A DNA stretch of 64,000 bases from Acidimicrobiia bacterium (GCA_965215185.1 OZ244034.1:480001-544000), one strand, 5' to 3'. Positions 10,211 through 20,892 are shown, counted from the first letter of the stretch. Made by a program: numbers and translations. The notes: generated by a model from the letters alone, not told the origin.

Positions 10211-10753
10211 ATGTGGGAAGCAATCACCGACTGGAGTTTTATCGAGGAGACATGGGGGACCGTGCTCACCGTCGCAGGTCTTTGGATTGCCTACCTAAGC
10301 GCAAAGCGGATAGGGAAGCGGGTCGTTTCGGAGATGGCCGAACGCGGACCGGAGCATGGCGCCCGGGCCGGGACATTGTGGTCGCTGGTACGTCGGATCC
10401 TGCTAATCACGATCGTGGTCACGGGGGGACTGATGATCATCTCCGTGTGGGGATTGCCTCTGGCGCCTTTCCTGGCGGTTGGGTCGGCGGCCGGTGTGGC
10501 AATTGGCTTGGGAGCCAAGGGATTGGTTCAGGATGTCATCGCGGGTTTCTTCATCTTGGCTGAAGACCAGTACCGCATCGGGGATCAGATCAAAAGTGGG
10601 GCGGCCAGTGGGGAGGTGATCGACATCCGTCCCCGGGTGACCATTCTCCGTGACGAAGCTGGCATCACCTATTACGTTCCCAACGGATCTTTGGGTGGAT
10701 CGGTCTCCATGGTGTTTCCATCGCAACCCCCATCGGAGGGGGCGGGTACATAG
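10211..10753 (+). CDS. Small-conductance mechanosensitive channel (MscS family)
   Basis: GVAIGLGAKGLVQDVIAGFFIL.EDQYRIGD, YVPNG. Confidence 0.85.
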   Translation: MWEAITDWSFIEETWGTVLTVAGLWIAYLSAKRIGKRVVSEMAERGPEHGARAGTLWSLVRRILLITIVVTGGLMIISVWGLPLAPFLAVGSAAGVAIGLGAKGLVQDVIAGFFILAEDQYRIGDQIKSGAASGEVIDIRPRVTILRDEAGITYYVPNGSLGGSVSMVFPSQPPSEGAGT

Positions 10754-11985
10754 GTCACCCCGGGATTGATACCCCGCAGAACGTATAGGGCAATCGCGGC
10801 AACCACCATCAGGCTGACCATGGCGACATGGCGGCTCCAGCCCACAACATCGACTATGAAACCCCACAGGAGTGGACCGAGGACAGCGGCGAAGCGGCCG
10901 ACCGTGGCGTACAAACCATAAAATTCGCCCAGCCGGTGGGGTGGAGCGAGGCCGGTCATTAGCACTCGATCGGTTGCCCACAGACCTCCCAGAGCCACGC
11001 CTCCCGAAAGTCCGGCCACCCAGATCAACACTGTTGCCCCTGACACTCCAGCCGTAACGCCCAAGGCTATGGTGACTATCCACAGTTTCATGATCAGCCG
11101 TACCCCGCGCCCGGGCCCGATACGACCCGCCAGCCAGCCACCCAGGAAACCTCCTGCTATGGAGGCGGCTATGGCGGCGCCCAGCAGAGCTGTCACCTCG
11201 GACGTGGACAGACCGACCTCCTCGGTGGCGTAGATGGCCAGAAACCCCCCAATCAGGGTGTTGACGGTCTCGGTGTAGCAAAACCTGCCCACCAAAAATC
11301 TGGTCAGTTGAGGATATTCTCTGGTCGCCTTCCAGGATTTGAACAGGTCGCCGACAATTCTCCGCAAGGGGGGAGGTTCACCCACCGCCTGGGGTCGGGG
11401 TGCGGGGCGGATCAGGAAGAAAGCCGGGAGAGAAAATACTGCGAAACCAACTGCCAGAGACCGGAACACTGCTGCATAATCTCCTCCCGAACCCAAGACC
11501 AGCGTGCCGATGCCCAGTCCTATGAAGGAGCCCACGTAGCCGATCGCCACCCCCATTCCCGAGACTCGGCTTCGGGTTTGGGGAGTGCTCACGTCCAATA
11601 GCAGGGCGTCGTAGACGGCCGATCCCACGTGGAATCCGATCAATGCCGCGGCAAAGATAAACATGGTGAGGAGGATGGGCCCCACGGCCAGAAAAGCGCT
11701 GCCGCAAACGGCTATCCCGGTGGTGAACGCCAGAGCGCGGATACGGTTTCCCTGATGGTCGGTGCGTGCTCCCACCCATGGGGCCAGGAAAGCCACGGTT
11801 AGGCCAGCGCCGGCGGTTGCCAGGGACAAGGCCGAGTCCGGGAGGTTGTTTTCCAAGATCCACTGGGGCAGGTAGAGCCCGATTACCCCCAGAGAGAAGA
11901 TGGTGTTAGCCAGGTCGTAACCAACCCAGGCCCAGACCGACGAACGGGAGGGCTGCCAATCGGGCGAAGAGGTTACCCCAGTCAC
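10672..11985 (-). CDS. MFS transporter (UMF1/Atg22-like)
   Basis: WVGYDLANTIF, YDALL, SG.G.AIGYVG, GEFYGLY; about 12 hydrophobic segments. Confidence 0.85.
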   Translation of the reverse strand: MTGVTSSPDWQPSRSSVWAWVGYDLANTIFSLGVIGLYLPQWILENNLPDSALSLATAGAGLTVAFLAPWVGARTDHQGNRIRALAFTTGIAVCGSAFLAVGPILLTMFIFAAALIGFHVGSAVYDALLLDVSTPQTRSRVSGMGVAIGYVGSFIGLGIGTLVLGSGGDYAAVFRSLAVGFAVFSLPAFFLIRPAPRPQAVGEPPPLRRIVGDLFKSWKATREYPQLTRFLVGRFCYTETVNTLIGGFLAIYATEEVGLSTSEVTALLGAAIAASIAGGFLGGWLAGRIGPGRGVRLIMKLWIVTIALGVTAGVSGATVLIWVAGLSGGVALGGLWATDRVLMTGLAPPHRLGEFYGLYATVGRFAAVLGPLLWGFIVDVVGWSRHVAMVSLMVVAAIALYVLRGINPGVTYVPAPSDGGCDGNTMETDPPKDPLGT

Positions 11986-12007
11986 CGCCTGTTCCCGGTT
12001 TGGTCTG

Positions 12008-13087
12008 TCAACAGCTGATTGCCACCGAGATCAGTTCCTCGTGCCCCAACTTGCCGGAGGTGGCTGCCAGAGCCAAGTGAGATTCGTCCAGCGGGAACTG
12101 ATGACTGATCAGGGTGTCAAGGCGAGGGTCGGTCTCCAGTTGCTGAACCCCCCACCGGAATCCTTCCTTGGAAGGTCCCAGCACCCCCACCACTTTGAGC
12201 TGCTTGGTAACGATCACATCAGAATAGAGCGAAGAGATGGGTCGCCCGCCTTTGGTGGAGGCCAATATCACCCGTCCTCCCGGTCTTACTATTTCCAGAG
12301 CTGTGTAGATAGCTTCGGGGTCGTTGGAGGTTACATCCACCACCAGATCGGGCCGGGTCCCGAGGCTGTTTGCCACCGCGTCTTGCAGGTCGTTGGCGGT
12401 GACGTCCACTGCAAGATCGGTGCCCAGAATACGGGCCATCTGCAGGCGGTCGGAGTCCACATCAAGTCCACTGATTCCCACCCATCCGGCTCCGGCGCTC
12501 CTGGCAGCCAGGAGACAGGCCAAGCCGCGGGGTCCGGGGCCGAGGATCAGCACGTTCTCTCCTGCTTGCAGCCGCGGGACATGCACCGCCCAGGTCCAGC
12601 CGTCAGCCAGGGCGTGGGCGATGGTGGCGGTCACCGCCGGGATGTCGTCGCTGATCTGATGAAGTCGTGCGTCGGGATCGATGTAGAGAGTCTCGGCCAT
12701 CCCTCCCCACAACCCAGGATGCTGGGTGGAGGGAATCAAGCCGTAGGAATTGACCGGATGGCGACGGGAGCAGAAGGACAACCCGGCCAGACAGGATGAG
12801 CAGCGGCGGCATCGGATTATCGGCTCCACCAGCACCCGGGAGCCGATTGGATAGGGCAGATCTCCGTTGATAGAGTCGGCAATTCTTCCCACTATCTGGC
12901 GGCCCAGAATGACCGGATAGTTCAGTTGAGAGATCTCCCCTGCCCAAGCCTGAGCGTCTATTCCAGAAAGGCTGGTGGCCTCCACTGCCAGCCATCCGCC
13001 TTCTTGGACCGGGCGCCTCGGCAGGGTTCTCGGGCGCAGGGTGTGGGGTTCAACCAGTATCTGGGCTTTGACGCCGATTCCTCTTAT
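12008..13087 (-). CDS. Zn-binding alcohol dehydrogenase (MDR) family protein with degenerate catalytic Zn site; start uncertain
   Basis: Structural CRRCSSC..C and GPGPRG present; SGID/GRQ replace CGxD/GHE; SD GAGAGGG precedes ATA at 13087 (nearest upstream ATG near 13219). Confidence 0.7.
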   Translation of the reverse strand: MRGIGVKAQILVEPHTLRPRTLPRRPVQEGGWLAVEATSLSGIDAQAWAGEISQLNYPVILGRQIVGRIADSINGDLPYPIGSRVLVEPIIRCRRCSSCLAGLSFCSRRHPVNSYGLIPSTQHPGLWGGMAETLYIDPDARLHQISDDIPAVTATIAHALADGWTWAVHVPRLQAGENVLILGPGPRGLACLLAARSAGAGWVGISGLDVDSDRLQMARILGTDLAVDVTANDLQDAVANSLGTRPDLVVDVTSNDPEAIYTALEIVRPGGRVILASTKGGRPISSLYSDVIVTKQLKVVGVLGPSKEGFRWGVQQLETDPRLDTLISHQFPLDESHLALAATSGKLGHEELISVAISC

Positions 13088-13387
13088 GGCTGACCCTCTC
13101 GCTGCTAGGCAAGAGCGTACATTTACGGCGGTATCTGCTGAAATCCCCCCGAGGCTGGTGGAAGAGAACAGTTGGTAAAGAGCAGCTACGGGCCATGGGC
13201 GTGGGGGTGGAGACCGCATCTCCAAGAGCTCATACCTGTTGCGCTCTATGCACGCCATCCAGGGTTCGCGAAATAGACAGACCGCCCTGGGTTTCCACCG
13301 ACTGCTGCCCAAGCTGTCAGCGGCGATCGGTCAGGATGCGTCGGAATCCGGGTCGACGGAGGCCAGAGATTGAGAGCCGGGCGGCTC

Positions 13388-14569
13388 CTAACTCAAGAAT
13401 TCAGCGAGGCGTTGAGTTCCCTTGGCTAAGTCGTGGTCGGAAAGGGCATAGGAAAAACGGACGAAACCCGGAGAGCCGAATGCCTCCCCGGGCACTACCG
13501 CCACTTTGATCTCCTCCAGGATGACCTCGGCCAGTTCTATGGTGTTGTTCACCGCGCGGCCCGCCAGGCTGCGCCCCAAAAGGCCCGAACAGTCGGGAAA
13601 GGCGTAGAAGGCGCCCTGTGGAACGATGCACTCCATCCCGGGGATGTTTGACAACACCTCATACATCGCGCGCCGCCGCCGGTCGAAGGCCGCTTTCATC
13701 TTGGTTACCGGTTCTTGGGGTCCGGTGAGAGCGGCCACGGCTGCCCGTTGGGCGACGTTGCAGACGTTGGAGGTCGAGTGGGACTGCAATCCGCTGGCGG
13801 CTTTGATGACATCGGGGGGTCCCACCATCCAGCCCACCCGCCAACCGGGCATGGCGTAGGCCTTGGCGACTCCGTTCACAATCACCCATCGATCCTCCAT
13901 CGAGGCGGCGATGGAGGCAAAGCGGGCCCCGTCATAGACGAAGTGTTCGTAAATTTCATCGGTTAGTACCCATATGCCCCGTTCTGACGCCCAAGCGGCC
14001 AACTCTTCGACTTTCTCGGGGCTGTACACCGCGCCGGTGGGATTGGACGGGGAGACGAAAATCAGCATTTTGGTGCGTTCGGTAATCACCTGTTCGAGTT
14101 GCTCCACGGTTATCTGGAAGCCGGTGCTCTGGTCAGCCAGCACCGGTACCGGTACGCCCCCCGCCAAGCGGATGGTCCACGGATAGGAGACCCAATAGGG
14201 TGCAGGCACGATCACCTCGTCACCAGGATCCAACAAGGCGGCGCAAGCCGCGTAAACCGCGTATTTGCCACCGTTGGTTACCAGCACCTGTGAGGGGGAG
14301 ACCTCGACATTCGAGTTGGTCGTCGTAGCGACCGCCACCGCCTCTCGCAACTCGCTCAGTCCAGCAGTGGGGGTATAGCGATGGTTCTGAGGATCCCCGC
14401 AGGCGGCAACCGCGGCGGCCACGATGTGATCGGGGGTGGGAAAGTCTGGCTCCCCTGGCCCAAAACTGATTACATCGTGTCCCGCTGCCGCCATCTGCTT
14501 TGCCTTGGCGGAGACAGCTATGGTTGCCGAAGGGGCGATGCTTCCAATCCGATTTGAGATGCGATTCAT
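13388..14569 (-). CDS. PLP-dependent aspartate aminotransferase (class I)
   Basis: GEPDFPTP, PYWVSY, SPSNPTG, DEIYE, AKAYAMPGWRVG. Confidence 0.93.
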   Translation of the reverse strand: MNRISNRIGSIAPSATIAVSAKAKQMAAAGHDVISFGPGEPDFPTPDHIVAAAVAACGDPQNHRYTPTAGLSELREAVAVATTTNSNVEVSPSQVLVTNGGKYAVYAACAALLDPGDEVIVPAPYWVSYPWTIRLAGGVPVPVLADQSTGFQITVEQLEQVITERTKMLIFVSPSNPTGAVYSPEKVEELAAWASERGIWVLTDEIYEHFVYDGARFASIAASMEDRWVIVNGVAKAYAMPGWRVGWMVGPPDVIKAASGLQSHSTSNVCNVAQRAAVAALTGPQEPVTKMKAAFDRRRRAMYEVLSNIPGMECIVPQGAFYAFPDCSGLLGRSLAGRAVNNTIELAEVILEEIKVAVVPGEAFGSPGFVRFSYALSDHDLAKGTQRLAEFLS

Positions 14570-14579
14570 AGCGGAGAGC

Positions 14580-15926
14580 CTAATAGGTTGTGCGGCGGGC
14601 GGCGATATGGATCAGATCCCACACTCCCGAGAAGGGTGGGGCGTAGGCAAGGTCAGTCCAAGCCAGTTCGTGAGCGGTCATTTCGTTCCAGATGGCGGTG
14701 GCGAACACGTCTATTCTTTTGCCGGCGCCGGGTCCTCCCACGATCTGGGCGCCGAGAATCCGGTTGGTGGCTGCTTCTGCGATGACCCGAATGGTCATGG
14801 GGGAGGCCGCAGGCCAATATCCGGCGGTGGTGGTGCCCTGGGCGTCTCCGATCACGATCTGGTAACCGGCCTCCCGCGCTGACGCGCTGGTCAATCCGGT
14901 GGAGGCGATTTCCAGGTCGCAGACCTTGGTGATGGCCGTTCCCAGCACCCCTGGGAACTCGGCTTTGCCACCGCCGATATTTATGCCGGCCACCCGTCCG
15001 GTTTTGTTCGCGATCGTTCCCAAGTGGTAGTTGACCGGCTTTCCCGTTATCCGATGAATGGCTTGAGAACAGTCGCCTGCCGACCACACTCCCTCGACCT
15101 CGGTGCGCTGGCGCCTGTCCACCGCGATGCCTCCGCTGTTCCCGATCGGTATGCCGGCATGAAGGGCCAGTTCGGTCTCTGGTCGAGACCCAAGTCCCAG
15201 CACCACCAGGTTGGCAGGAATAGTTTCGTCTTCACACCCCACACTTTCAACTTTTTCTCTGCCATTGATGCAATTCACACGCATGCCGGTAATCACTCTG
15301 ATCCCCATGTCCTCCAGGGCTTTAACCACTTGCCGGCCAAGATCCGGGTCGAGGGTACGGTCCAACACCGCTTGCCCGGATGTGATCACCACCACCGGAA
15401 ATCCCCGATGATGGAAGGCTTCGGCGGTCTCCAGTCCGATGTACCCGCCTCCGATAACCACCACCGGACCGGTAGGGCCGTCGGCTCGTTGGCGCAGCCA
15501 GGCGGCGTCGTCGAGGGTGCGCAACTCTGATACACACCGAAGGCCTATTCCCTCGATGGGCGGGCGGACTGCGGTAGCCCCGGTTGCCACCAATAGCTGA
15601 TCGAAGTCGAGATGGTAGGTGGAGCCGTTTTGTATGTCCCGCGCCGTCACCTGGCGGGTATCCAAATCAATCTCGAGCGCTTCATGGCGGATGCGAACCT
15701 CGATATCCCGGTCGCGAAACTGCTGGGGAGTACGGGCCACCAGTCGTTCCAGCGGATCGACGTAGCCGGCTACGTGGTATGGCTCTCCGCAAGCCGAGTA
15801 GGAGACGTAGGAAGAACGCTCCAGGGCGATAATCTGCAAATCATCGGCCGACCGGCGGCGACGCGCCTGACTGGCTGCCGACATTCCGGCGGCGTCCCCT
15901 CCGATCACCACCAGTCGTTCGGTCAC
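14580..15926 (-). CDS. FAD-dependent CoA-disulfide reductase / NADH oxidase family
   Basis: GGDAAGMSAA, SYSACG redox Cys, GGGYIGLE, AGDC, DLAYAPPFS. Confidence 0.9.
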   Translation of the reverse strand: MTERLVVIGGDAAGMSAASQARRRRSADDLQIIALERSSYVSYSACGEPYHVAGYVDPLERLVARTPQQFRDRDIEVRIRHEALEIDLDTRQVTARDIQNGSTYHLDFDQLLVATGATAVRPPIEGIGLRCVSELRTLDDAAWLRQRADGPTGPVVVIGGGYIGLETAEAFHHRGFPVVVITSGQAVLDRTLDPDLGRQVVKALEDMGIRVITGMRVNCINGREKVESVGCEDETIPANLVVLGLGSRPETELALHAGIPIGNSGGIAVDRRQRTEVEGVWSAGDCSQAIHRITGKPVNYHLGTIANKTGRVAGINIGGGKAEFPGVLGTAITKVCDLEIASTGLTSASAREAGYQIVIGDAQGTTTAGYWPAASPMTIRVIAEAATNRILGAQIVGGPGAGKRIDVFATAIWNEMTAHELAWTDLAYAPPFSGVWDLIHIAARRTTY

Positions 15927-16228
15927 TCTTTTCCTTCAGCCCGTTTCTTGCGCCGGCGACGCCACAGCACCAGGGTTTCCCACACCACGATGGCGGCCAC
16001 TGCCACCGCTGCCATCAGGAGGATCATCGGGTATTCGCCGCTCCACCAAAACAGATTGACTTGCACGGAGTGGGAATTCTGGATGACGAACCAGATCAAG
16101 AGCAGGGCCAGCGCCCCGCCGCCGGCTACCTTCCAGGGAAAGGAGGATTTCTCCTTGTGGCTTTCAACCGTTGGTGGAACCGGGGCGGGTAATTGTCCCT
16201 CTGTAGTTTTCTGGTCACGGTCTTTCAT
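15923..16228 (-). CDS. LapA/DUF1049 family small membrane protein
   Basis: FVIQNSHSVQVNLFWW between two TM helices; basic C-terminus. Confidence 0.7.
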   Translation of the reverse strand: MKDRDQKTTEGQLPAPVPPTVESHKEKSSFPWKVAGGGALALLLIWFVIQNSHSVQVNLFWWSGEYPMILLMAAVAVAAIVVWETLVLWRRRRKKRAEGKE

Positions 16229-16422
16229 CTCTTAAGATTCAATTGTATAGACCTTGTTTAGACGTATTCCCCGGTTTGGGCGTGAGGGCAGGTGAGCCCA
16301 GGGCCATCGGACGCGCGGCCGGGAGTGCGGTCCATAACGGCTGTCGGGCTGGAAAACGGCTTTATGTGAGTTTTGTCAACAATTCGGCTATAACGGCGTG
16401 GGAATAAGATTAAAGAAGACAC

Positions 16423-17394
16423 ATGGCAAATCAGTCTGACCGAAACATGGAAGAACCACCGACGGCCGAGCCGGAGGTGATGGAAGCCGGGGCGCCTGCT
16501 CAGAAAGGACGCTTGCGCCGGAGTTTCGGATCCTTGGGCTCTTTTACGTTCTGGGTGCGCCTGGGAGTGGGGTTAGTGATCCTGGGAACAGGGGTCCTGA
16601 TCGGGCTAGGGATTGCCTGGTTCATAGACGACCGAGGCGCCGATGATTACGGGCGCCGGGATGGGGAGTTCTTTGCCTTCCGAGTGGACCCCTCCGGAGA
16701 GTGGATGGGCGGGCGGGGGTTTCGATTGGATGGAGAACCTTTCCCACTTCCCCGGGTTCCCGGCGGACCATCCGATTGGCAACAGGACCCCAATCCCGGG
16801 GATTACCCCGAGCGGGGGCCCAAAGGCTTTTTCAAGGATGACTCCCAGCGGCAGCGAGAGGGCTTGAAGAAGGAATGGCCCCAAGATGATGAGTCCACCT
16901 TAAAGGGTTTCGCCGACGAGAAAGGCTTCTATATCCCAGATGAAGCACTGGAGTTGGTTGAAGAACTCATCGACAAGTTGAAGCAACTAATCGACAAGGT
17001 AGTGGAGTATCTGGAAGAGGGACGATTCGGTCCCCCCATGGAATGGCCGAAGGGGTTCTTCGGTGGCGACGGTGGCCTTTGGAATGGTGATGAACAGGAT
17101 GAGGACCGCCCGGGGGACCGGGGAGACGAGGATGGGGTTGAGGAATACCAGGAAAGTGATGACGAAGGATCAGACGGCCCGTTTTCGGGTACTGGCTTTC
17201 TGTTCGGAAAATTCTTGCCAGGCTTGGCGTTCTTGGAGGACTGTGAACTCGACTTCCAAAGCCTCCTAGGAGTTCTGGAAGATCTTCCGAACTTCGAGGA
17301 CGGGCAAGTCGAAGGCGAGGAGGATCCGGATGACTTCTTTGGGCAGTTTGACGAGTTGTTCGAAGAGGCTTGCGCAACGCCGTCTGAGGGCTGA
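16423..17394 (+). CDS. Hypothetical membrane-anchored acidic protein
   Basis: Long ORF, single TM, D/E-rich low-complexity remainder. Confidence 0.65.
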   Translation: MANQSDRNMEEPPTAEPEVMEAGAPAQKGRLRRSFGSLGSFTFWVRLGVGLVILGTGVLIGLGIAWFIDDRGADDYGRRDGEFFAFRVDPSGEWMGGRGFRLDGEPFPLPRVPGGPSDWQQDPNPGDYPERGPKGFFKDDSQRQREGLKKEWPQDDESTLKGFADEKGFYIPDEALELVEELIDKLKQLIDKVVEYLEEGRFGPPMEWPKGFFGGDGGLWNGDEQDEDRPGDRGDEDGVEEYQESDDEGSDGPFSGTGFLFGKFLPGLAFLEDCELDFQSLLGVLEDLPNFEDGQVEGEEDPDDFFGQFDELFEEACATPSEG

Positions 17395-17573
17395 GGCTCG
17401 CTGCGGGTCTAATCGAAACGCCTGGTACGGTGTAACCCGGCCCACCGGAGTGGTCTTAACGAGCAACGACTTTCTGTAAGAAGCACTACGAAATCTTTCC
17501 CTACGGGTGCCAAGTGGTCTTGAGGCGGTTAGCTTAAACTGGAAGCAAACGGCCCCTTTAGAAGGAGGAAACC

Positions 17574-19031
17574 TTGACGCCCAAGAAATTTGATTCCGAG
17601 GTAACCCGTCGCCAGTTCCTAGGCAAGAGCTCGGCGTTGTTGAGCTTTGCGGCTATGGGTGGTCTTTCCACTCTGTTGTCGGCGTGCGGGGACGATGCGG
17701 TCCCCGGTACAACTGCCGCGCCCGGTACAACTGCCGCCCCCGGTACAACTGCGGCCCCCGGTACAACTGCGGCCCCCGCTACAACGGCTGCGCCGACCAC
17801 TATTGCGGCCGCCAGCGGCCCGAATGGCCAACTGGGAGTGTTGATCGGGACGCACATGGATCCGGTCAAGCAGTTGCTTGCGCAATACGAAGGAACTTAC
17901 GGATACGCTCCCGATGTAGAAGAGGTCACCACTCCCGATCTCAGAAGCAAGCTGACTACCTCTTTCCTGGCGCAGAGTTCTCCTTGGGATGCGGTTTTCG
18001 TCACAGCCGAGCTAGGCGCCGAACTCAGCAACCGGGAATGGCTCATCAACGCCAGTTCCTTTATGAATGAGCGGGTCCGCTCTGAGCCGGACCTTCTGAC
18101 CAGAGGAATGGGAGCGGTCGAGTTTGGTGGCCAGACCTGGGCGGTTCCCTGGACCATGGGCAGCCAGCTGCTGCACTGGAACAAGAAGCTGATGGAAGAT
18201 GCCGGGCTGGACCCGGACGCCCCGGCCGACTGGCATTCCACTCCCAACTCCTGGGACACCTTTATTGAATACGGCAAAGCTATGACCGGAGAGCGGGATG
18301 GCGTGCAGTACTACGGGTACACCGATGCCTGGGCTGACAAGCACGTTCTGTGGACCTGGGGCGGCATGCTCCACATGCATGGCGGCGCCTTCCTGGATGA
18401 GGAACAGCAGCCATCCTGGAATAGCGAAGCCGGGGTAGAAGCGCTTCAGAAGCTTCATGACCTGCTTCATGTCCATCAATGCATCGATCCGGCGGTCAGC
18501 ACCTACACGTGGGTGTTCGACGCCACCCCCGGGTTCTTTGATGGGACTCGTGGCATGTTCATCTCCTGGCCGTTCGTGGCGGGAGTGGCGGCCATCCCTG
18601 AGGCAGCCCCCGGGCTCGCCGGGCACAGTGCGTTTGCGCCCAACCCGGCAGTGGTAACCAGCGGGTCTGTGGACGGATCCGAGTTCTTCGGAGTCCCGGT
18701 CTATGCGGAGAACCAAGAGGATGCCTGGCAACTGTTGGAGTTGATCTCCTCACGCGAGGGCCAGCGGGTAGTCGCGATGGGCGGATGGGGTTCCATCTAC
18801 AGTGGAGTGCTCAACGAGCCCGAAATTGTTGAAGCCTTCCCCTTCTATCCGGCGCTGGCCAAGGCTTACGAGTATCCGGTTGAAGGAGGATGGTCGGAGG
18901 ATCGTCCTCGCTGGACGCAGTTCCTTGCTGATGAGATCCATGAGGTGTTGGCGCAGAAGAAGTCACCGAAACAGGCTCTGGACGACGCGACGGCGGCCGC
19001 TTTGGAAGCTCGTAAGCAGGACGAAGCGTAA
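17574..19031 (+). CDS. Carbohydrate-type ABC substrate-binding lipoprotein, Tat-exported
   Basis: SD AAGGAGG; TRRQFL twin-arginine motif; lipobox LSAC; WNKKLMEDAGLDP; SPKQALDDA. Confidence 0.9.
   Translation: MTPKKFDSEVTRRQFLGKSSALLSFAAMGGLSTLLSACGDDAVPGTTAAPGTTAAPGTTAAPGTTAAPATTAAPTTIAAASGPNGQLGVLIGTHMDPVKQLLAQYEGTYGYAPDVEEVTTPDLRSKLTTSFLAQSSPWDAVFVTAELGAELSNREWLINASSFMNERVRSEPDLLTRGMGAVEFGGQTWAVPWTMGSQLLHWNKKLMEDAGLDPDAPADWHSTPNSWDTFIEYGKAMTGERDGVQYYGYTDAWADKHVLWTWGGMLHMHGGAFLDEEQQPSWNSEAGVEALQKLHDLLHVHQCIDPAVSTYTWVFDATPGFFDGTRGMFISWPFVAGVAAIPEAAPGLAGHSAFAPNPAVVTSGSVDGSEFFGVPVYAENQEDAWQLLELISSREGQRVVAMGGWGSIYSGVLNEPEIVEAFPFYPALAKAYEYPVEGGWSEDRPRWTQFLADEIHEVLAQKKSPKQALDDATAAALEARKQDEA
17703..17792 (+). 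repeat. 18-bp in-frame tandem repeat (PGTTAA) x5, linker
   Basis: CCCGGTACAACTGC[CG]GC[CG] x4 plus one degenerate copy. Confidence 0.9.
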
Positions 19032-19047
19032 AACCTCGCTCGACTCC

Positions 19048-19986
19048 ATGACCTCCCGGATGCAGGTGGTCGAGAATCGGGTTAGTCGCTCTCGCCGCCG
19101 CGGTCGTTTGATCGCGGCGGCGATGGCGGCCCCCGCGGTGCTGCTCGTGGGTGCCGTTTACGCCTACCCGGCGGTCTCCACTCTCATCTACAGCGTCACA
19201 AAAATCGATCTGGCGCCCCGCTTCCAGATCGAGCGTTTTGTCTGGTTCCGGAACTTCATCAACCAGTTGACCAATTCCGCCTTTTGGGAGGCGACCTGGA
19301 TCACTCTCTATTTCGGGGTGATGCTCTGTTTGGTAACGGTTGTGTGTTCCTTTCTCATAGCCCTGCTTCTGAACAAAACCTTCTTCGGTCGCGGCCTCTT
19401 GCGGGTTACCGTGTTGCTCCCTTGGGCGGTACCGCCGGTGGCTTCGGGGGTGCTGTGGGTACAGATGTTCCATGCCGAGTTCGGATTCCTGAACGGGTTG
19501 ATCCGGGCGTTTGGTGGTGAGGGAGGCATCATATGGCTGGGGGGTTCGACTATCGCCCTCCATTCAGTCCTGATCGCCGAGGTGTGGCGTTGGATACCCT
19601 TTGCGACCCTGTTCATCCTGGCCGGGTTGCAGATCGTTCCCCGAGCTGTCCGGGAGGCGGCTGCCATCGACGGCGCCGGACCATGGCGGGGTTTTCGTCA
19701 TGTCACCTTCCCGCTCATGCTTCCGGTGGTGGTTCCGGTGGTGATCTTCCTGTTTGTCTGGGCTATGAAAGTGTTCGATACCATCTTCGTCTTGACCCGC
19801 GGCGGCCCTAGCCGCGGTACCACTACCCTCAACTTCCTCACCTACCGGCAGGGGTTCGAGCAGTTCGACTTCGGGAGCGCCGCGGCCACCGCCTACCTGC
19901 TGTCGGCTCTCACCGTGTTGGTGATTGCCGGTCTGAGTTGGATGCTGGTCCGGTCCCGTCGGCTGGCGGGTGTGTACGGTGACTAG
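19048..19986 (+). CDS. Carbohydrate ABC permease (MalF-like)
   Basis: LPWAVPPV, EAAAIDGA EAA motif, FDTIFVLTRGGP. Confidence 0.9.
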   Translation: MTSRMQVVENRVSRSRRRGRLIAAAMAAPAVLLVGAVYAYPAVSTLIYSVTKIDLAPRFQIERFVWFRNFINQLTNSAFWEATWITLYFGVMLCLVTVVCSFLIALLLNKTFFGRGLLRVTVLLPWAVPPVASGVLWVQMFHAEFGFLNGLIRAFGGEGGIIWLGGSTIALHSVLIAEVWRWIPFATLFILAGLQIVPRAVREAAAIDGAGPWRGFRHVTFPLMLPVVVPVVIFLFVWAMKVFDTIFVLTRGGPSRGTTTLNFLTYRQGFEQFDFGSAAATAYLLSALTVLVIAGLSWMLVRSRRLAGVYGD

Positions 19987-20830
19987 CCCCGGCCGCAGGT
20001 CGATCGTCAAGCGCTTCAAACGCCTGACGACCTACGCTGCCGCCGTCTTGGTATTGGTGGTGATGGCCTTCCCCCTCTACGGGATCATCCTGACCAGCAT
20101 TCAGACCGAACCCGACATCCGATCGCGGGACGTGGCGTTTGTGCCTACCTATATTGAAACCGAGCATTACCAGCGAATATTTGACGAGGCTTCGGGAATT
20201 CCCGTAGCAGAGTCGATGGTCAACAGTCTGGTGGTGGCGATCGCCACCGCCTTCCTGACGGTCGCTATCGCTGTGCCTGCCGCCTACGCGTTGAATCGGA
20301 TGGGGGTCCCGGGGGCGAGAGTCATCCTGGCTGGATTTGCGGCGATCTACATTCTCCCCACGCTGTTGTTCGTGTTGCCGTTGTTCATCACTGTCGTACA
20401 GTTGGGACTGTACGACACCTACATAGGGCTGATCTTGCCCTATGTAGCGTTTACCCTGCCCTTCATGGTGTGGATAATGGGTTCGTTTGTCCGGTCGATA
20501 CCGGTGGAGGTGGAAGAGATGGCCAGGACTGACGGCGCCGGACTTCCTCAGTTGATTTTCCGCATCGTCATCCCGCTGCTTCGTCCAGGCATCTTTGCCG
20601 GATTGCTTCTGGGTTTCATATTGGCCTGGGTGGAGTTTTTGACTCCGTTGCTCTTCACCAGCAATCTTTCCATGCTCACCGTGACGTTGGGATTGTTCCG
20701 GTCCACCATGGACATCGCTATCGGGCAACTGGCGGCCGCCACCGTGATAACCGCCTTGCCGGTGATCCTCATCACCGCCTTTTTCCAGCGCAATATCAGC
20801 GAAGTCATCACCGCCGGGGTGGACCGATGA
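19979..20830 (+). CDS. Carbohydrate ABC permease (MalG-like)
   Basis: PAAYALNR, SIPVEVEEMARTDGA, FILAW.EF. Confidence 0.9.
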   Translation: MTSPGRRSIVKRFKRLTTYAAAVLVLVVMAFPLYGIILTSIQTEPDIRSRDVAFVPTYIETEHYQRIFDEASGIPVAESMVNSLVVAIATAFLTVAIAVPAAYALNRMGVPGARVILAGFAAIYILPTLLFVLPLFITVVQLGLYDTYIGLILPYVAFTLPFMVWIMGSFVRSIPVEVEEMARTDGAGLPQLIFRIVIPLLRPGIFAGLLLGFILAWVEFLTPLLFTSNLSMLTVTLGLFRSTMDIAIGQLAAATVITALPVILITAFFQRNISEVITAGVDR

Positions 20831-20892
20831 TGCGTGCGATCAACTACCAGGGGGAACCTTTTGTCCTTTGACAACCTGAGAGGAGTCAACAG

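Noticed and set aside
10672-10753. 82-bp convergent overlap of the MscS and MFS genes
   Set aside because: It involves non-conserved C-terminal tails, which is common in compact high-GC genomes.
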